From: Octopus vulgaris
Taxonomy: Eukaryota
Length of the DNA stretch: 64,000 nucleotides
Assembly (NCBI GenBank): GCA_951406725.2
Contig: OX597824.1
Coordinates: 41,230,001 to 41,294,000 of the forward strand
Reading direction: 5' to 3'
Under the pieces are notes generated by a model. The model was not told the DNA's origin. It did not search any database and was given only the letters and a program-made list of their open reading frames with translations. Numbering within the stretch: the stretch's first letter is position 1; every line of letters starts with the position of its first letter. Both the position numbers and the translations under genes were made by a program. Below, piece after piece: positions 1-13,445 of the stretch.

Positions 1-180
1 ACGCCGGAGAAAAAGCTTAGTGACATTTCGTTTGTCTTTTCGTTCTGAGTTCAAATTCCGCCGAGGTCGACTTTGCCTTTCATCCTTTCGGGATCGATAA
101 ATTAAGTATCAGTAAAACACTGGGGTCGATGAAATCGATTATCCCCTCCTCCAAATTTCGGGGCTTGTGCCTATAATAGA

Positions 181-228
<48 letters not shown>

Positions 229-230
229 TA
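1..230 (+). mobile_element. SINE family A (tRNA-derived, octopus-type), cut by the window start, with (AAT)n tail
   Basis: Family body GTTCTGAGTTCAAATTCCGCCGAGGTCGACTTTGCCTTTCATCCTTTCGGG, present in more than 15 copies in this window; B-box-like GTTCAAATTCC; ends in (AAT)n. Confidence 0.85.
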
Positions 231-232
231 TA

Positions 233-265
<33 letters not shown>

Positions 266-780
266 TGTTTGACTTTTGCTTTATATTTGTACAAGTTGGC
301 TCCAAGTCTCACCCAGAGACCTCAAGAGACAACAGGTTGGAAGTTCACGTTGTTGTTATGCCTAGTGTGCCATATATTTGGTTGTTTTTTGTGTTATACT
401 AGTGGATGTCTAAAAAAAAATGTTTGTTTTAAACCTTGAGATTACATAGAAAGTATTTTGCGTAGGATATGAGCAGTTCCTATGAGCACTATCTTTTGAA
501 TTTCTGCCATTTTTGGGTTTCCTGGTATCTGAGTTAGGTAGCAATCAGCCCCTTTTGCTATCATTCCCAGGGTACCTCTGACAACAGGTATTGTTTTAGT
601 CTTCAGGTTCCACAGTTTGCTGATTTCTATTTCAAGATCTTTATATTTGCTCAGTTTTTGGTAGGTCTTGACAGATACGTTTATATCGATTGGGACAGTC
701 ATATCAATGAGGAGGCATGTTCTTTGTTTGAAGTCTTTCAATATGATGTCTGGCCTATTTGCATCTACCTTTCTGTCAGT
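266..780 (-). mobile_element. 5'-truncated R4/Dong-like non-LTR retrotransposon (RLE domain plus 3' UTR) inside a (TAA)n tract
   Basis: Minus frame 780-442 reads TDRKVDANRPDIILKDFKQRTCLLIDMTVP...KLSKYKDL...IPVV.GTLG, the RPD-x(n)-D...K..KY restriction-like endonuclease signature. Flanked by (TTA)n at 231-265 and 781-860. Confidence 0.85.
442..780 (-). pseudogene. C-terminal restriction-like endonuclease fragment of the R4/Dong-type ORF
   Basis: ORF 442..741 extended upstream in frame to the truncation point; no RT domain is retained. Confidence 0.8.
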
Positions 781-800
781 TATTATTATTATTATTGTTA

Positions 801-859
<59 letters not shown>

Positions 860-910
860 TGAAGTAATATTAGTATTTTTAGTTGTAGTAGAATTTGTAA
901 TATTAGTATT

Positions 911-1121
911 AAAGCAGTGAGCTGGTAGAATTGTTACCGCACCAGACAAAATGCTTAACAGCATTTCTTTCGGCTTCACGTTCTGGGTACAAATACTGCC
1001 GAGGTCTACTCTGCCATTCATTCTTTCGGCGGTCGATAAAAGTAAGAACCTGCCAAGTACTGGGGTCGTGTAATCGACTTGTTTTCGCCTATAAAATGTC
1101 AGGCCTTGTGCCTATAGTAGA

Positions 1122-1210
<89 letters not shown>

Positions 1211-1232
1211 TAATAATAATAATAATAATAAT
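911..1232 (+). mobile_element. SINE family A with long (AAT)n tail
   Basis: Head GCAGTGAGCTGGTAGAATTGTTA, diverged family body, tail GGCCTTGTGCCTATAGTAGAAATAAT... Confidence 0.8.
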
Positions 1233-1652
1233 AAAAAGATGGGCTACAGCAAATATTCTGCTCAATACCACAGATTTGCTTGTCAGTTGTTTGACCTTTA
1301 CCAGTTGACCATGTCCCTTAGTGGATGACGATATTTGCATCTCTGATCGCGAGCAGAAGTAGTTGGGGAGCATCATAGACATGTGTTGAAAGGAATTCTT
1401 AGAGAGGTTTGGATAATTCATCCTTAAACAATCCTTATTCAGAGACCTTTTGACCAGAAGAAAATTCTAATTGGGTCCCACCTGCAAGGTCATGCGCTGT
1501 TTATCTTGATATGAGATCACCATGTCGCGCACATATGGTTGTGATGCATGTGCCTGGTGTACCCTTATGAAGCGGGTAGTCATGATGGGTATACTGGGTT
1601 TCGTATATTTTACCCCAGTGTCACTTTGATGGCGTGCACTGCTCTCTCACTC
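1233..1652 (+). mobile_element. Non-coding retroposon 3' fragment flanked by (AAT)n/(AAC)n
   Basis: Complex 420-bp block bounded on both sides by trinucleotide tracts. Its 3' 60 bp recur inverted at 1759-1821. Confidence 0.5.
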
Positions 1653-1688
1653 AATAACAACAACAACAACAACAGCAACAACAACAAC

Positions 1689-1760
<72 letters not shown>

Positions 1761-1824
1761 CAAAGTGACACTGGGGTAAAATATACGAAGCCCAGTATAC
1801 CCATCATGACTACCCGTCTGAGGC

Positions 1825-2015
1825 TCAGATCAACCATGATCAAAAAAGCTTATGCTCAAAGGCGTTGTGATCACCCCTTCTTATTGTCTGACATATTGTA
1901 TTCAGGACTACATCACGAAAAGTTTTCTTATCTCTTTTCAAAAGACAGCAAGGTGTGATGTAGGGAGATTTCGCTGCCAGTTTTAGCAGGTCGATTGACG
2001 CCGTAGAGGTTACTT
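1825..2015. repeat. Dispersed repeat, related to 48635-48875
   Basis: Shared blocks (C/T)TATG(A/C)TCAA and GGGAGAT(T/C)T(C/G)GCTGC.....T.TA(G/A)CAG. Confidence 0.45.
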
Positions 2016-2169
2016 CTATTTATTTTTTTTTATATACATTTGTTATTTGTCTGTCTGTGTGAATTCTCTTCCATTCGATATCCACCTCCTCACTTCCATT
2101 AAAACTATCGATTTCTCCTTAGAATTCTTTGTTATTTTATCAAGCCTTAAACATTTATGAAATATTTGT

Positions 2170-2860
2170 AAACGCGCGCGCGCGTATGTGTGTATGTGCG
2201 CACGATAGGGTGTATGTGTGAGTGTGTATGTTCGTGAGTGTGTGTGAGTGTGAATGTGTGAATCTGTATGTGAGTGTGTATGTGAATGTGTGTACTATGT
2301 GTGCACGTATGAGTGTGTGTATGTATGTGTGTGCGAGCGCGCGCGTGTGTGTGGTGTGTACGTTTGTGTGTGCGCATGCTTTAGTCTGTGTATATTTGTG
2401 TGTTTGTGTGAAAGAGGTGTGTATGTACGTGTGTGTTTGTATGAGTGTGTAAGAATGTCTCTCTATGTATATGTGGGAGAATGTTTTATGTGTGTGTATT
2501 CGAGTGTCTGCACATATGCATGAATGTATGCGTGTGTGAGAATGCTTCGCTGCTATATGTGTAAGAGTGCGTGTTTGTGTGTATGAGTGTCTGTATATAT
2601 TTGTGAATATGATTTTAGTCTATACTATGTAAGTATGCATATATACATGAGTGTCTGTGTGTAATATGTGTGCGTAAATATCAGTTTATTAATATATGTG
2701 TGTATTTACATATTAATAAATCAATGCGTATGTGTGTGCGCGTGTAAGCGTCTGTCTGTGTATATATGTGAATGTGTGTGTGCGTTTCTATATGTGTGAA
2801 AATCTGCGTGTATATACAAGCGTGTGTATGTGTACATGTGTGTATATACGTGTGTGTATA
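2170..2860. repeat. Degenerate (TG)n/(TA)n microsatellite field
   Basis: Direct reading of the sequence. Confidence 0.9.
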
Positions 2861-4026
2861 TTTAACATCATTAGCATTATGGTTTCTGCCTTCCATTTTA
2901 AAAAAACCAACAAAAACGAAGCAACAACAACAAAAAAGAGAAACAATACAAACAAAACAAGACAAACAGCTTTATTCCACCATTATGTTTTCCGTTTTCT
3001 GGATAAATGAAACCTAAACAATTATTTAATATTAAGTGTCTGTTTGTGTGGTCTACGTCATTAGATTTGTATCTCATATAAAAACAAATAATCCGCCATT
3101 ATGATTTTTGCTAAATCCCAGCATTTATTCAATGTCAAAAATGACGGTAAAAAGCGGAAGATTTCATTCATCTGAAAATAACTGAATTTACACGCCTATA
3201 TTGCGCTGGCATTATCGCCAAGATTAATGGAAAAGATTCTGTTTTTAGTGTTAAGATTACTTTCTTCAATACATCAACATAATTGGTTTCCCTTTTTCAC
3301 GTGTAAATGGCTAACATTGGCACAACGCTATAAATACATTTCTTTTTTTTTGTGGGAAAGGTTGTAGGCGACTTATTTGAATGCTAGTTGTTTTTATTAC
3401 ATCCTCCTTCATCCCTTTTAAGAATGAAAAACAAAGTCATCGTCGAAGGGGTTTCAACTAAGCGTGTAAATAAAAAGAAAAAAAAACAAACAAAAACGTC
3501 TTAACTGAATATTACATGATATCCAGTCGACGTTCAAAGCCACCATATTTTTTTCTGAATAAATATAGATTTATAGGTTAGGAAGAAAACCATAATTTGG
3601 GAGAAGAGAGGAGAGGAGAGAAAGAAACCATTGAGTGAACTAAGAGTCTTAAGGAGGACGTAACTGAATACTAAGAGATATTTAATCGGCGCTCTACTCC
3701 ACGCCGTTGCGTCTCTTTTTCGTTCGTGAGGAAATGTAGATTTATAACTTGAGAAAACTAAAGAGAAAGGAATTGATGATTAAATCGACACAAGAACTTA
3801 ATAGGTATTCATTTTATCGACTCTGGGAAGCTGAAAGTTAGTGTTAACTTCAACAAGAATCGTATTCAAAACGTTTTAAAGGCTTGAAACTAGATATCGC
3901 AGGAAACATCCCATCAAGTGTCTTATCGATTCTATTAATCTCTTAATCTATCGCCTCAGTAACCTTCGAATTTATCCATTTATATGTAATGTTTATAATT
4001 TTGATTATCAATATATTATTTAAACT

Positions 4027-4425
4027 AAGGCGGCGAGCTGGCAGAAACGTTAGCACGCCGGGCGAAATGCGTAGCCGTATTTCGTCTGCCGTTACGTTCT
4101 GAGTTCAAATTCCGCCGAGGTCGACTTTGCCTTTCATCCTTTCAGGGTTGATAAATTAAGTACCAGTTACGCACTGGTGTCGATATAATCGGCTTAATCC
4201 GTTTGTCTATCCTTGTTTGTCCTCTCTGTGTTTAGCCCCATTGTGGGTAGTAAAGAAATAGGTATTTCGTCTGTCTTTACGTTCTGAGATCAAATTCCGC
4301 CGAGGTCGACTTTACTTTTCATCCTTTCAGGGTTGATAAATTAAGTACCAGTTGCATACTGGGGTCGATCTAATCGATAGGTCCCCTCTCCTAAAATTTC
4401 GAGCTTTGTGCCTAGATTAGAAAAG
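4027..4425 (+). mobile_element. SINE family A head-to-tail dimer
   Basis: Full monomer ending GTGGGTAGTAAAGAAATAG, fused to a headless monomer (GTATTTCG...) that ends TTGTGCCTAGATTAGAAAAG. Confidence 0.9.
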
Positions 4426-4446
4426 TATATATTACTTAAGCTGTTC

Positions 4447-4612
4447 AAGGTGGTGAGATACCAGAATCGTTAGCACATCGGGTTTTCGTCTTTTCGTTCT
4501 GAGTTAAAATTCCGCCGAGGTCGACTTTACTTTTCATCCTTTCGGAGTCGATAAAATAAGTACTTAATCCTTCCCTCGAAATTGCTGATCATGTGCCAAA
4601 ATTTGAAATCAA
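4447..4612 (+). mobile_element. SINE family A monomer with a third tail type
   Basis: Family head and body; tail GAAATTGCTG...GTGCCAAAATTTGAAATCAA. Confidence 0.8.
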
Positions 4613-5064
4613 TGTATTCATTAATCCATCAAACCACTACCATCACAAACCCTGATAAATAAAAGTCGGATTTTCAAACAAATAAACTTACAATATATAA
4701 ACATAAATGAAAAATTATCACATCGGCAGTTTCAGGATTCTCCTTTAAAAAGGATCTAGAAAACAAACAAAACAACATCAACAAAAGTAACAAAAAGGAA
4801 GTAACCCAAAGCCTGTTTAGTCACGCAGAGGTTCTTCATTAGTTTTTTTTCTTTCTGCATTCCCTATGAAATTAACGATCATTGAACCTTTAACTTTATT
4901 GAAAGTCTGTTGACAAAAATCTTTAAAATTTATTAAATGTCTGTTTGCAATAGTTTTAGAGTAAATCAACTCTTAAATACATTTACAGCTCGTCTGAACA
5001 AATAAACGCCATATTACTTCAATTTTCTTTTGCGAGCGTCAAGTTTTGGCTTTCTTTCTTTCCT

Positions 5065-5127
<63 letters not shown>

Positions 5128-6189
5128 GTTCCCCCCGCCTGTCCGTCTCTCCACCTGTCTGCCAGGAACCTTCCCCCACGAAAGCGTCATTCACGAACAC
5201 ACTTTTAATTGGATTATTCGACAGTTTTCCAAAACGGGGGGAAATAAAACGCCCAGAGTTTATTACAATAAATGAATATGCAAATAGATAATTAGATAAT
5301 CAAATAATTAAGGAATTGTAAATTTACACACATACATAAATACACATACGTACTTACATACATTCATGCATACATGCATACATACATACATACATACATA
5401 CATACATACATACATAAACACATACATACATATATATATTTATATACGCTCACAAGACATATTCACTTTGTTAATATATACATAGGAGTATGCATGAGCA
5501 AGTGCGCTTATATATATATGTGTAAGCATTCTATGTACATATGTGAAAACGTTTATGTACATTTAAATAATCACTAGTTCTGATGTATACACATACACAT
5601 CATATATATGCACACATATTATACACACATATTACGCACACACACATACCTGCACCCATACACGCGTTCATACATACACGTATGAAGAACATCACCTGAA
5701 TTTATTTCTACACGTTTTGATGGGGTTTGTATGAATTAGTGTTGTGTTTTGGTAAACAAACCACTTCCACGCTAGAACCAACTTATAATTCTTCAAGTAT
5801 TTGAAACAGGAGATGCTATTCCTCGCCACTTATCTTCTCTCCATTAAGAACCTCTCACTTTCCTGCTTCCAATTAAATCTTACACGTGAAATACAAGACA
5901 GAAAAAAGTGCTAAGTTATGCACAGAAAAGCGGGTTCGATCTCGTGCAAGAAGTGCTTAATTTTTCACTATGTTTATTTAAAAAAATATTTTAATGATCT
6001 AAAGGGATGTGGGTGGAGGAAAACATCCACATCTCTTCCCAGGGATCCCTAGTCTGGTGGCAGGAAGGGAGTAAGTTATTCTTAGACAGGTCCTTGGCTC
6101 TAATACTTGAAATAATGGTTGCTACATTAAAAGTACCCACGAATCTAGTATTCTTTTACATTTTCATCAAATTCGAACGTTTCTGAAAC

Positions 6190-6246
<57 letters not shown>

Positions 6247-6524
6247 AGTCTCTCTATAACCAACTTTTAGCTGTTAAATTAGGAAAGAGATTAATGTCTG
6301 CCAACTAAGTACAGTTCTTAAATTGCGTGACGGGTTAAGTATATCTCTCAATAAATAAGACTACTGTGGTTTAAACCAATTTTTTCCCCCTTGAAATATA
6401 AATATTAGAACTTTTTATTTCTCTTCCCTTATTGGAATTGGAATGAATTTGGTCGATAAGAACTTCTGATATTCATGGAAATGGGGGATAACCCCCCCCC
6501 CCAACTCGAGCAATAAATTATTTC

Positions 6525-6740
6525 TAACATCGACACAAGAGTAGAAATTTGGTAGGGAGGGGTAAGGCGATCAGATTTATCCTAGTACTTTAATGATAGT
6601 TTATGTTATTGATTTCAGAAGAATGACAGACAAATCGGTCACACCAGGAGGATTTGAACTCTTAGAACGTGTAAAGAGTTGGAACGAATGCCGCAAATAA
6701 TTTTGTTGAATGCTTTGACCAATTTCGTTTGTCATCCTAA
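6525..6740 (-). mobile_element. Degenerate SINE family A
   Basis: GGATTTGAACTC..AGAACGT and downstream blocks match the reverse complement of the family. Confidence 0.55.
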
Positions 6741-8867
6741 CAGCAACAACAAAATATTGATACAGCAGTACGTTCCTGCCTACGTCTTATATAGTGCTAA
6801 GGGAAGTAACTCAAATAAACTAAGAAATAAACTTATAGTGCTTATGGTAGTGATGGTGGTTGAGGCATCGGCAGAGACTTTGGTGTTGATAGTAACAAAC
6901 AGAGATAGCTCATATGACTAAACTCAAATTCATGGCTAGATGATTAAAAAGTTGGCTTATTAATCCTATAGTTGTTTCGGCCCTGCTGCATGTCACCTCA
7001 GGTGTCTTCTAATATAACCTGTTATTGATTCATGCCTTGTGTGAAATTTGGTCGTCTCATTTCTTTTCTTCCCACACTTAAAATGGAACACAACCCCTCA
7101 ATGGTGTTGTGAACTAATTGAGGAAGGGTGTCATCAAAACTTGGATGTTCCGAGAGAGCCTCCCGACTACATGTCATTTGTAGTCACCTCAGTGTTCACC
7201 ATCTGCCCACACTGTACCATAAACGTGACGACAAATCAAACGTCAGTCTCAGCACTAATGTCCTTCACTGTGATCCCTGTGTTGTGTTGTGCCATATATT
7301 CTGATCGAAACCCATTCGCAAGAATATGCCACGGCCTATTTTTTTGCCTCGTCGTTAGTTTAGAAAATCAAGAATACGCTCCCATAAGCCCTACTTGTAC
7401 CAACGGAAGAGATTTCGCTCCATGTATTGGCTAAAGATGTTTTCATTCATTGCTCCGAAGGTACAAGGAGATCCCCTCTGTTTTTAGAGAAGAAAAAATA
7501 TATGACCCATCTTGGTAACTTTTAAAAAAGACCTAAAACAGACCCACTTTCACAAAATTCTTGGGAGATTCACTCACATCACTTTTATATGTTTATATTT
7601 TACTCCATTAAATATGATACTAAATTTTACAGGATGTTACTGTAAGTTTGATAAGAACAAGTTCTACTATTTACTTAATGTGGATGACATCAAACCAAAA
7701 TTTTCTATTGGAAAAGTTTTTACAAACTGTAGAAGTTTATAGACTCGGTATCAATATGGAGTTTAAAGAGACACGTGCGCCACGCCTCTTCAATAGAGAC
7801 AAGATGACTAAGACAGTAAACAATGACAAAGAAACCAACCATGTTATAAACAATTCATGGACAGTAAAAGCGTATAAATATCGGGGGACCAATGAAAGCA
7901 AACAAATAAAATATATAAAAATTAAAGAGTTAAGCTGAAAGGAATATATCTAAAAAACAAACAAAAACAAGAAATAAAAATCATCCAAACCCAAAACAAA
8001 AACTATGACGATCTGAAATAGTGATCATAACTTTAAACGATGGTGGCAACGAATAGCTTAACAGTCTCGGTAGGAAGATACAGCTTGACTATGATAAACC
8101 GGAAGCAGCAAGAGATATATAAAATTTAAAAGGAAAGAGTCACACACACAAAAGACAAAGAAAAATATTAAAAGATTCAAACTCTGCCATAAAAATGAAA
8201 AAAATGCTGTAGAAGATAATGGAGAATGTGTTCTTGTAGAACAAGAAATGGTCTGTATTGCTTTTACAGTTGCGCTATACAATTCTAAAAATTAAAAATA
8301 AGACACAAGCAATTGCAAAAATATGACAAATCGCAAAAAAGATGCATACCATAAAACAGGAAAGCAAAAATATTTAGATACATGCAGATAGAAAAAAAAT
8401 CGAAATAACGTCGAGATTAAAACTTCTCCACGGCAAATTTCTAAAACGATTACCACAAACAAGAGCTCAAATTACTGGTGGAGCGGGTATCTAAGAAAAC
8501 AACAGGAACTCCATTCATAGGATTGGTAGCGTGCTGAAGATATGATCATTGTTTTGCCAATGCTCTTCCTAACTAGACATCGTTAGAAATATAGACTGAA
8601 GCGAAATATCATGCACAAATATCACACGTGTTAATTTTCATGAAACCTATTATACACATATTCAGGCACAGACAAATATAAATATGTACTTCAAACTCTC
8701 TCAAATCATGTTCTTCAAGATAGCAACCGTTTCACTTTAGAGAAGAGATGCTGCTCCGAATACCACTGGACCGGAAATTAACTGGTTTGTGGATTACGTT
8801 TATAACATAGCTATCTTCTGCAATAGATGGTGTGTTTTAAGTGTTTTAATGTGCTGCATGCTTGTAC

Positions 8868-8977
<110 letters not shown>

Positions 8978-9044
8978 ATATATGTGTGTGTGTGTATACA
9001 TATGTGTGTGTGTGTATATATATGGGTGTGTGTATATATGTGTG

Positions 9045-9075
<31 letters not shown>

Positions 9076-9466
9076 GTATGTATGTATAAATATATATATG
9101 CATACACTTGTATGTTTGTGTGTGGATGTATATACGTGTGTACCCGTGTTTTAACAGCTTGTGAAAATGGCTAAGTTGAAGTGTATTTGGTCGTCGAGAC
9201 TGTCAAAGTATGATGGTGAAGAGAGGGAGAAAGAAAGAAAAAGAAAGCGAGAGAGAAAGAGAAAGAGAGTGAGAGAGAGAGAGAGAGAGAGAGCAGGGGT
9301 AGATAGGAACAGAGAATGAGGGTAGATTCATATTAAATGTTACGCAAAATAATTGTTGAATCAAGAAATTTGGTTGAGAAGTTGAAAATAACAGAAAATA
9401 AGAGAAAAGGAGCAAAGGAATGTTATATATAAATATATAAATGTAATATATATAAATATATATGTT

Positions 9467-9517
<51 letters not shown>

Positions 9518-9745
9518 GTAATATATATGTATGTATATGTGTATATATATATAGTTATAGATATGTATGTATTTGTAAGTATGTGTATATACACTCACAC
9601 ATATCTGTGTGTGTTGTATATACATGTATACAAATATGTAAGATATATATATATATATATTCATATTTACAACATACATATGTAATATATATTTAATACA
9701 TATGCATGTGTATGCATGTGTTATGTATATAGATAGGTAAGATAG

Positions 9746-9783
<38 letters not shown>

Positions 9784-9784
9784 C

Positions 9785-9878
<94 letters not shown>

Positions 9879-9929
9879 GTTCTCTCTCTTTCACTCTCTA
9901 TCTGTCTGTTTGTCTGTCTGTCTGTCTGA

Positions 9930-9994
<65 letters not shown>

Positions 9995-10891
9995 GTAGGA
10001 GTGATGAGAGCTAGTGAGGGAGAAGGAGAGCGAGGAAGAGAGAAGGAAAGGGAAGGAAAGAATGCGAGTGGTTGGATATCCGAGAAAGATTAAGATATAT
10101 ATATATTACTAGCTTTTAAAAAATATTGAATGGTTAATATAAACATAGTCAAAAAATATGGTAGAAGAATGCAAATATGCGCAGAGAAATAATGCTGAAG
10201 TGTGAGAAATAAAACAAATGGGGAAAATGGCAGTTCGTATTTTTTTTCTTTCTAGTTCTTCCATATTTGTTTGCCAGACGATAACTTTATATTTTGTATT
10301 TCACGGTATTTTCTGCTTTATATGTAATGTTTTTTTCTTTTACATATGGCATCGTAAATACTTCAACGTTCCTTTATTTGTATGGCCAGCATTTCCTTCG
10401 ATAATTGGGATGGAGAGAGGGGAGAGAACTTCTTTTTTATATTTCGTCTTATCTTCGTTGCTTCGATTTCTTTTCAGGTTTTTCGTCCGTGCACTTTGCA
10501 TTTCTCTCCAAACTATTTCCCCACTCTTTTCATTCTTTCCTCCGTAATTTGCGTCATTGTTCGTTTCCTTCCTTTCTTTCTGGCCTTCCTTCCTTCTTTT
10601 ATTCTTCTTTCCTTCCCTCTTTCTTTCGTCGTTTCACTTGAATTCCTGGGCCTTTTTTCTTTGCTCTTTTGTTATGTCTTGCCTTCCGTATATTTCTCGC
10701 AGATCAAATTGAAACATTTGGTTATTGCTTTCATATTTACTTTGTATATTGTTACTGAACATATTTTGCACTACATATACATACCCACATACATACATAC
10801 ATACATGCATACATACATACATACATACATATATACATGTATGCATACATGATTACATACATATATAGGTACACACATAGTATAGGTACTT

Positions 10892-10939
<48 letters not shown>

Positions 10940-10952
10940 CTTATACACACAC

Positions 10953-11005
<53 letters not shown>

Positions 11006-11041
11006 AAATGGGACAAGAACGCAAAACATCCGGACAGCTAG

Positions 11042-11097
<56 letters not shown>

Positions 11098-11152
11098 TAA
11101 ATAAATAAACATAAATATCCTTGTAAACAAAAATAAATATTGAATATGCAAA

Positions 11153-11196
<44 letters not shown>

Positions 11197-11327
11197 CATC
11201 TATCTATCTATCTATCTATCCATCTATCTATCTATCTATCTGCTTGTAGATGTGTATGTGTATAAATATCGAAACGTCTATATATTAACATGTGCACATA
11301 TATGTATACATGTATATATACATATAT

Positions 11328-11366
<39 letters not shown>

Positions 11367-11371
<5 letters not shown>

Positions 11372-11557
11372 TTTAAGCAGCAGAAAATTCAACAAAATCT
11401 GTTACTCTGAGTTTCTCGTTGCCGATGAACGGCAACGAGAAACTCAGAGTAACAGATTTTGTTGAATTTTCTGCTGCTTAAAATAAAGCATATTACTCTA
11501 CCACTGGTATTTGAGTACTCTTTTTTCCACCTTGTTTCACATTTATGTGTTTACTCC

Positions 11558-11559
<2 letters not shown>
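11367..11559 (+). mobile_element. Penelope/retrozyme-like short element in (TA)n with a perfect 58-bp inverted repeat
   Basis: 11367-11424 is the exact reverse complement of 11430-11487, with a 5-nt spacer. (TA)n lies on both sides, and a hammerhead core sits at the symmetry centre. Confidence 0.75.
11422..11455 (+). ncRNA. Minimal type-I hammerhead motif, 5' strand of stem I lost
   Basis: CCGAUGA-ACG(GCAA)CGA-GAAAC-UCAGA-GUA-acag: U4C core variant, GNRA-capped stem II, near-palindromic stem III ACUC-A-GAGU. Confidence 0.6.
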
Positions 11560-11618
<59 letters not shown>

Positions 11619-12339
11619 TATGATATATCTATATGATATATATATATCTATATATCTATATATATAGTATATGTATAATATAATATATGTATATATAGTA
11701 TATATATAATATATATCTATATCTATACATAGTATATATATATCTGTGTGCATGTCAATATTATATATGTATATATATGCGTGTGTATATCTATGTGTAT
11801 TTATATAATGTGTAAATATATATACTTACATGTGTATACACATACCCCCCCCACACACACATATATCCCAGGATTTTCAGATTGGAGGTACTAGAACTAA
11901 ATCTGAATATAGTTTATTAAAACAGAGAATCCATTTAAACTGTGCTGCTGAATTCACTACCCAGATAAAACACACACGCACGCTCACAATCACACAGCGA
12001 AGCGCACGAACAGACATGTGCAGATAAATTTTGAGCAAATTTACATGCATACGTTTTACAAACAGACATTGAGCCTCACTATACAAATAAGCCACATGAT
12101 TAAACCACAGGGCTCTTGCGAAACAAAGTAAAGTATAACTACAATTGCTTCTCTTGGTCATTAGCGACCTTTCACAAGTGTTTACTCTTTTGTTTCTACA
12201 TAGAGAGACAACATTTTACAACTACTTATGGTTGATGTCTTGGGTAACAGTCACCGATATTGTTCATTCAGTTATCAGAACGTACGCTGGTGGTGCATAT
12301 CAATGAACTAAATTAAGGTGGTTTAAGTATTGATGCAGT

Positions 12340-12384
<45 letters not shown>

Positions 12385-12441
12385 GTGTGTGTGTATATAT
12401 GTATATACATACATACATACATACATACATACATACATACA

Positions 12442-12538
<97 letters not shown>

Positions 12539-12650
12539 TCAGATGAATATGGTACTTAAGTCAAAGGCACCAGAATTTTGTATGGTATTATCCATATACA
12601 TCCATGGGGTGATTATAATCAAAATAAGCAACAAGTATATCCGAGGTAAT

Positions 12651-12736
12651 GTGATACAATCGTTTCAAGCTACTTCATTTTATTAAACACTGTAAGTATC
12701 ACATCAGTTTTAAAATGTCGTGCAATCTTCAGCCAC
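12651..12736 (-). ncRNA. Type-I hammerhead motif with long stem II
   Basis: Minus: gugg-CUGAAGA-[~60-nt imperfect hairpin]-GAAAC-GAUU-GUA-ucac. Stem I gugg/ucac; the base of stem II is mismatched. The element runs down to the (TAGA)/(TA) tract at ~12540. Confidence 0.65.
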
Positions 12737-12784
12737 TTATAGAAATTTTCCAATCAAACGGACAATGCACATGCTTATCTCTAC

Positions 12785-13002
12785 TTCGTTTGCCAACATT
12801 ATACAGAAGGTAGATATACAGACAGACAGGTCGATTTCATTCTTAAGAATATGATAGTATTAAATTTACTCTCTGACTGTAGATTTTTTCACTTTGTTAT
12901 TTAGATCTGTCAGAGAGTAAATTTAATACTATCATGTTCTTAAGAATGAAATCAACCTCTCTGTCTGTATATCTACCCTCTTTATAATGTTGGCAAACGA
13001 AA
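12785..13002. repeat. ~93-bp imperfect inverted repeat abutting (TA)n
   Basis: 12785-12877 vs 12909-13002, with a 31-bp spacer. The right arm starts AGATCT-GTC-AGAGA, resembling a hammerhead stem III and cleavage site. Confidence 0.8.
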
Positions 13003-13022
13003 TAAGGATATATATATATATA

Positions 13023-13194
13023 GTTGGAGTAGATGAAACAGGGACAACTGATGAAGGGGAATATTCTTTATGTTACATGTCTCGTTTCTCTGTTCTTTTC
13101 ATTGTTTGAAAAAAGTTCGTTTTCTATGTTTTTGTTTTATGTTTTCGTTTCTCATTGTGATCAGTGTTTTTTGATGCCCTGTACCCATATATGC

Positions 13195-13198
<4 letters not shown>
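13023..13198 (+). mobile_element. (TA)n-embedded short element; second copy at 51975-52055 (-)
   Basis: Shared end TATGTTTTCGTTTCTCATTGTG...TTTTTG(A/G)TG(C/T)CCTGTACCCATATATGC. Confidence 0.7.
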
Positions 13199-13267
<69 letters not shown>

Positions 13268-13351
13268 TATATGTAGGTATATACATATATGTATGTGTAT
13301 ATGCACACATATACGCACACACACACACACACACACACACATGTTCCCACT

Positions 13352-13445
13352 AATTTCGGAGAAGACTTTCCACCAACGTACATTTGCAATATACTTTTCA
13401 TCGCTTATAACGTTATTGTCAGCTATTCATAAATATGGAAAATTG
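13352..13445 (+). pseudogene. Decayed Penelope-like ORF fragment (region between RT and GIY-YIG)
   Basis: Translates [26 protein letters not shown], then a frameshift to NMEN. Resembles from memory the PLE motif HFP...H..FNRN.VK.SYSC..NM; no search was run. Confidence 0.4.

Noticed and set aside
6930-7050. Minus-strand hammerhead-like CUGAGG...GAAAC
   Set aside because: Better explained as a decayed SINE B head on the plus strand.
7380-8600. A-rich stretch with short ORFs, possibly a LINE ORF1 relic
   Set aside because: No recognisable motif; it needs BLASTX.
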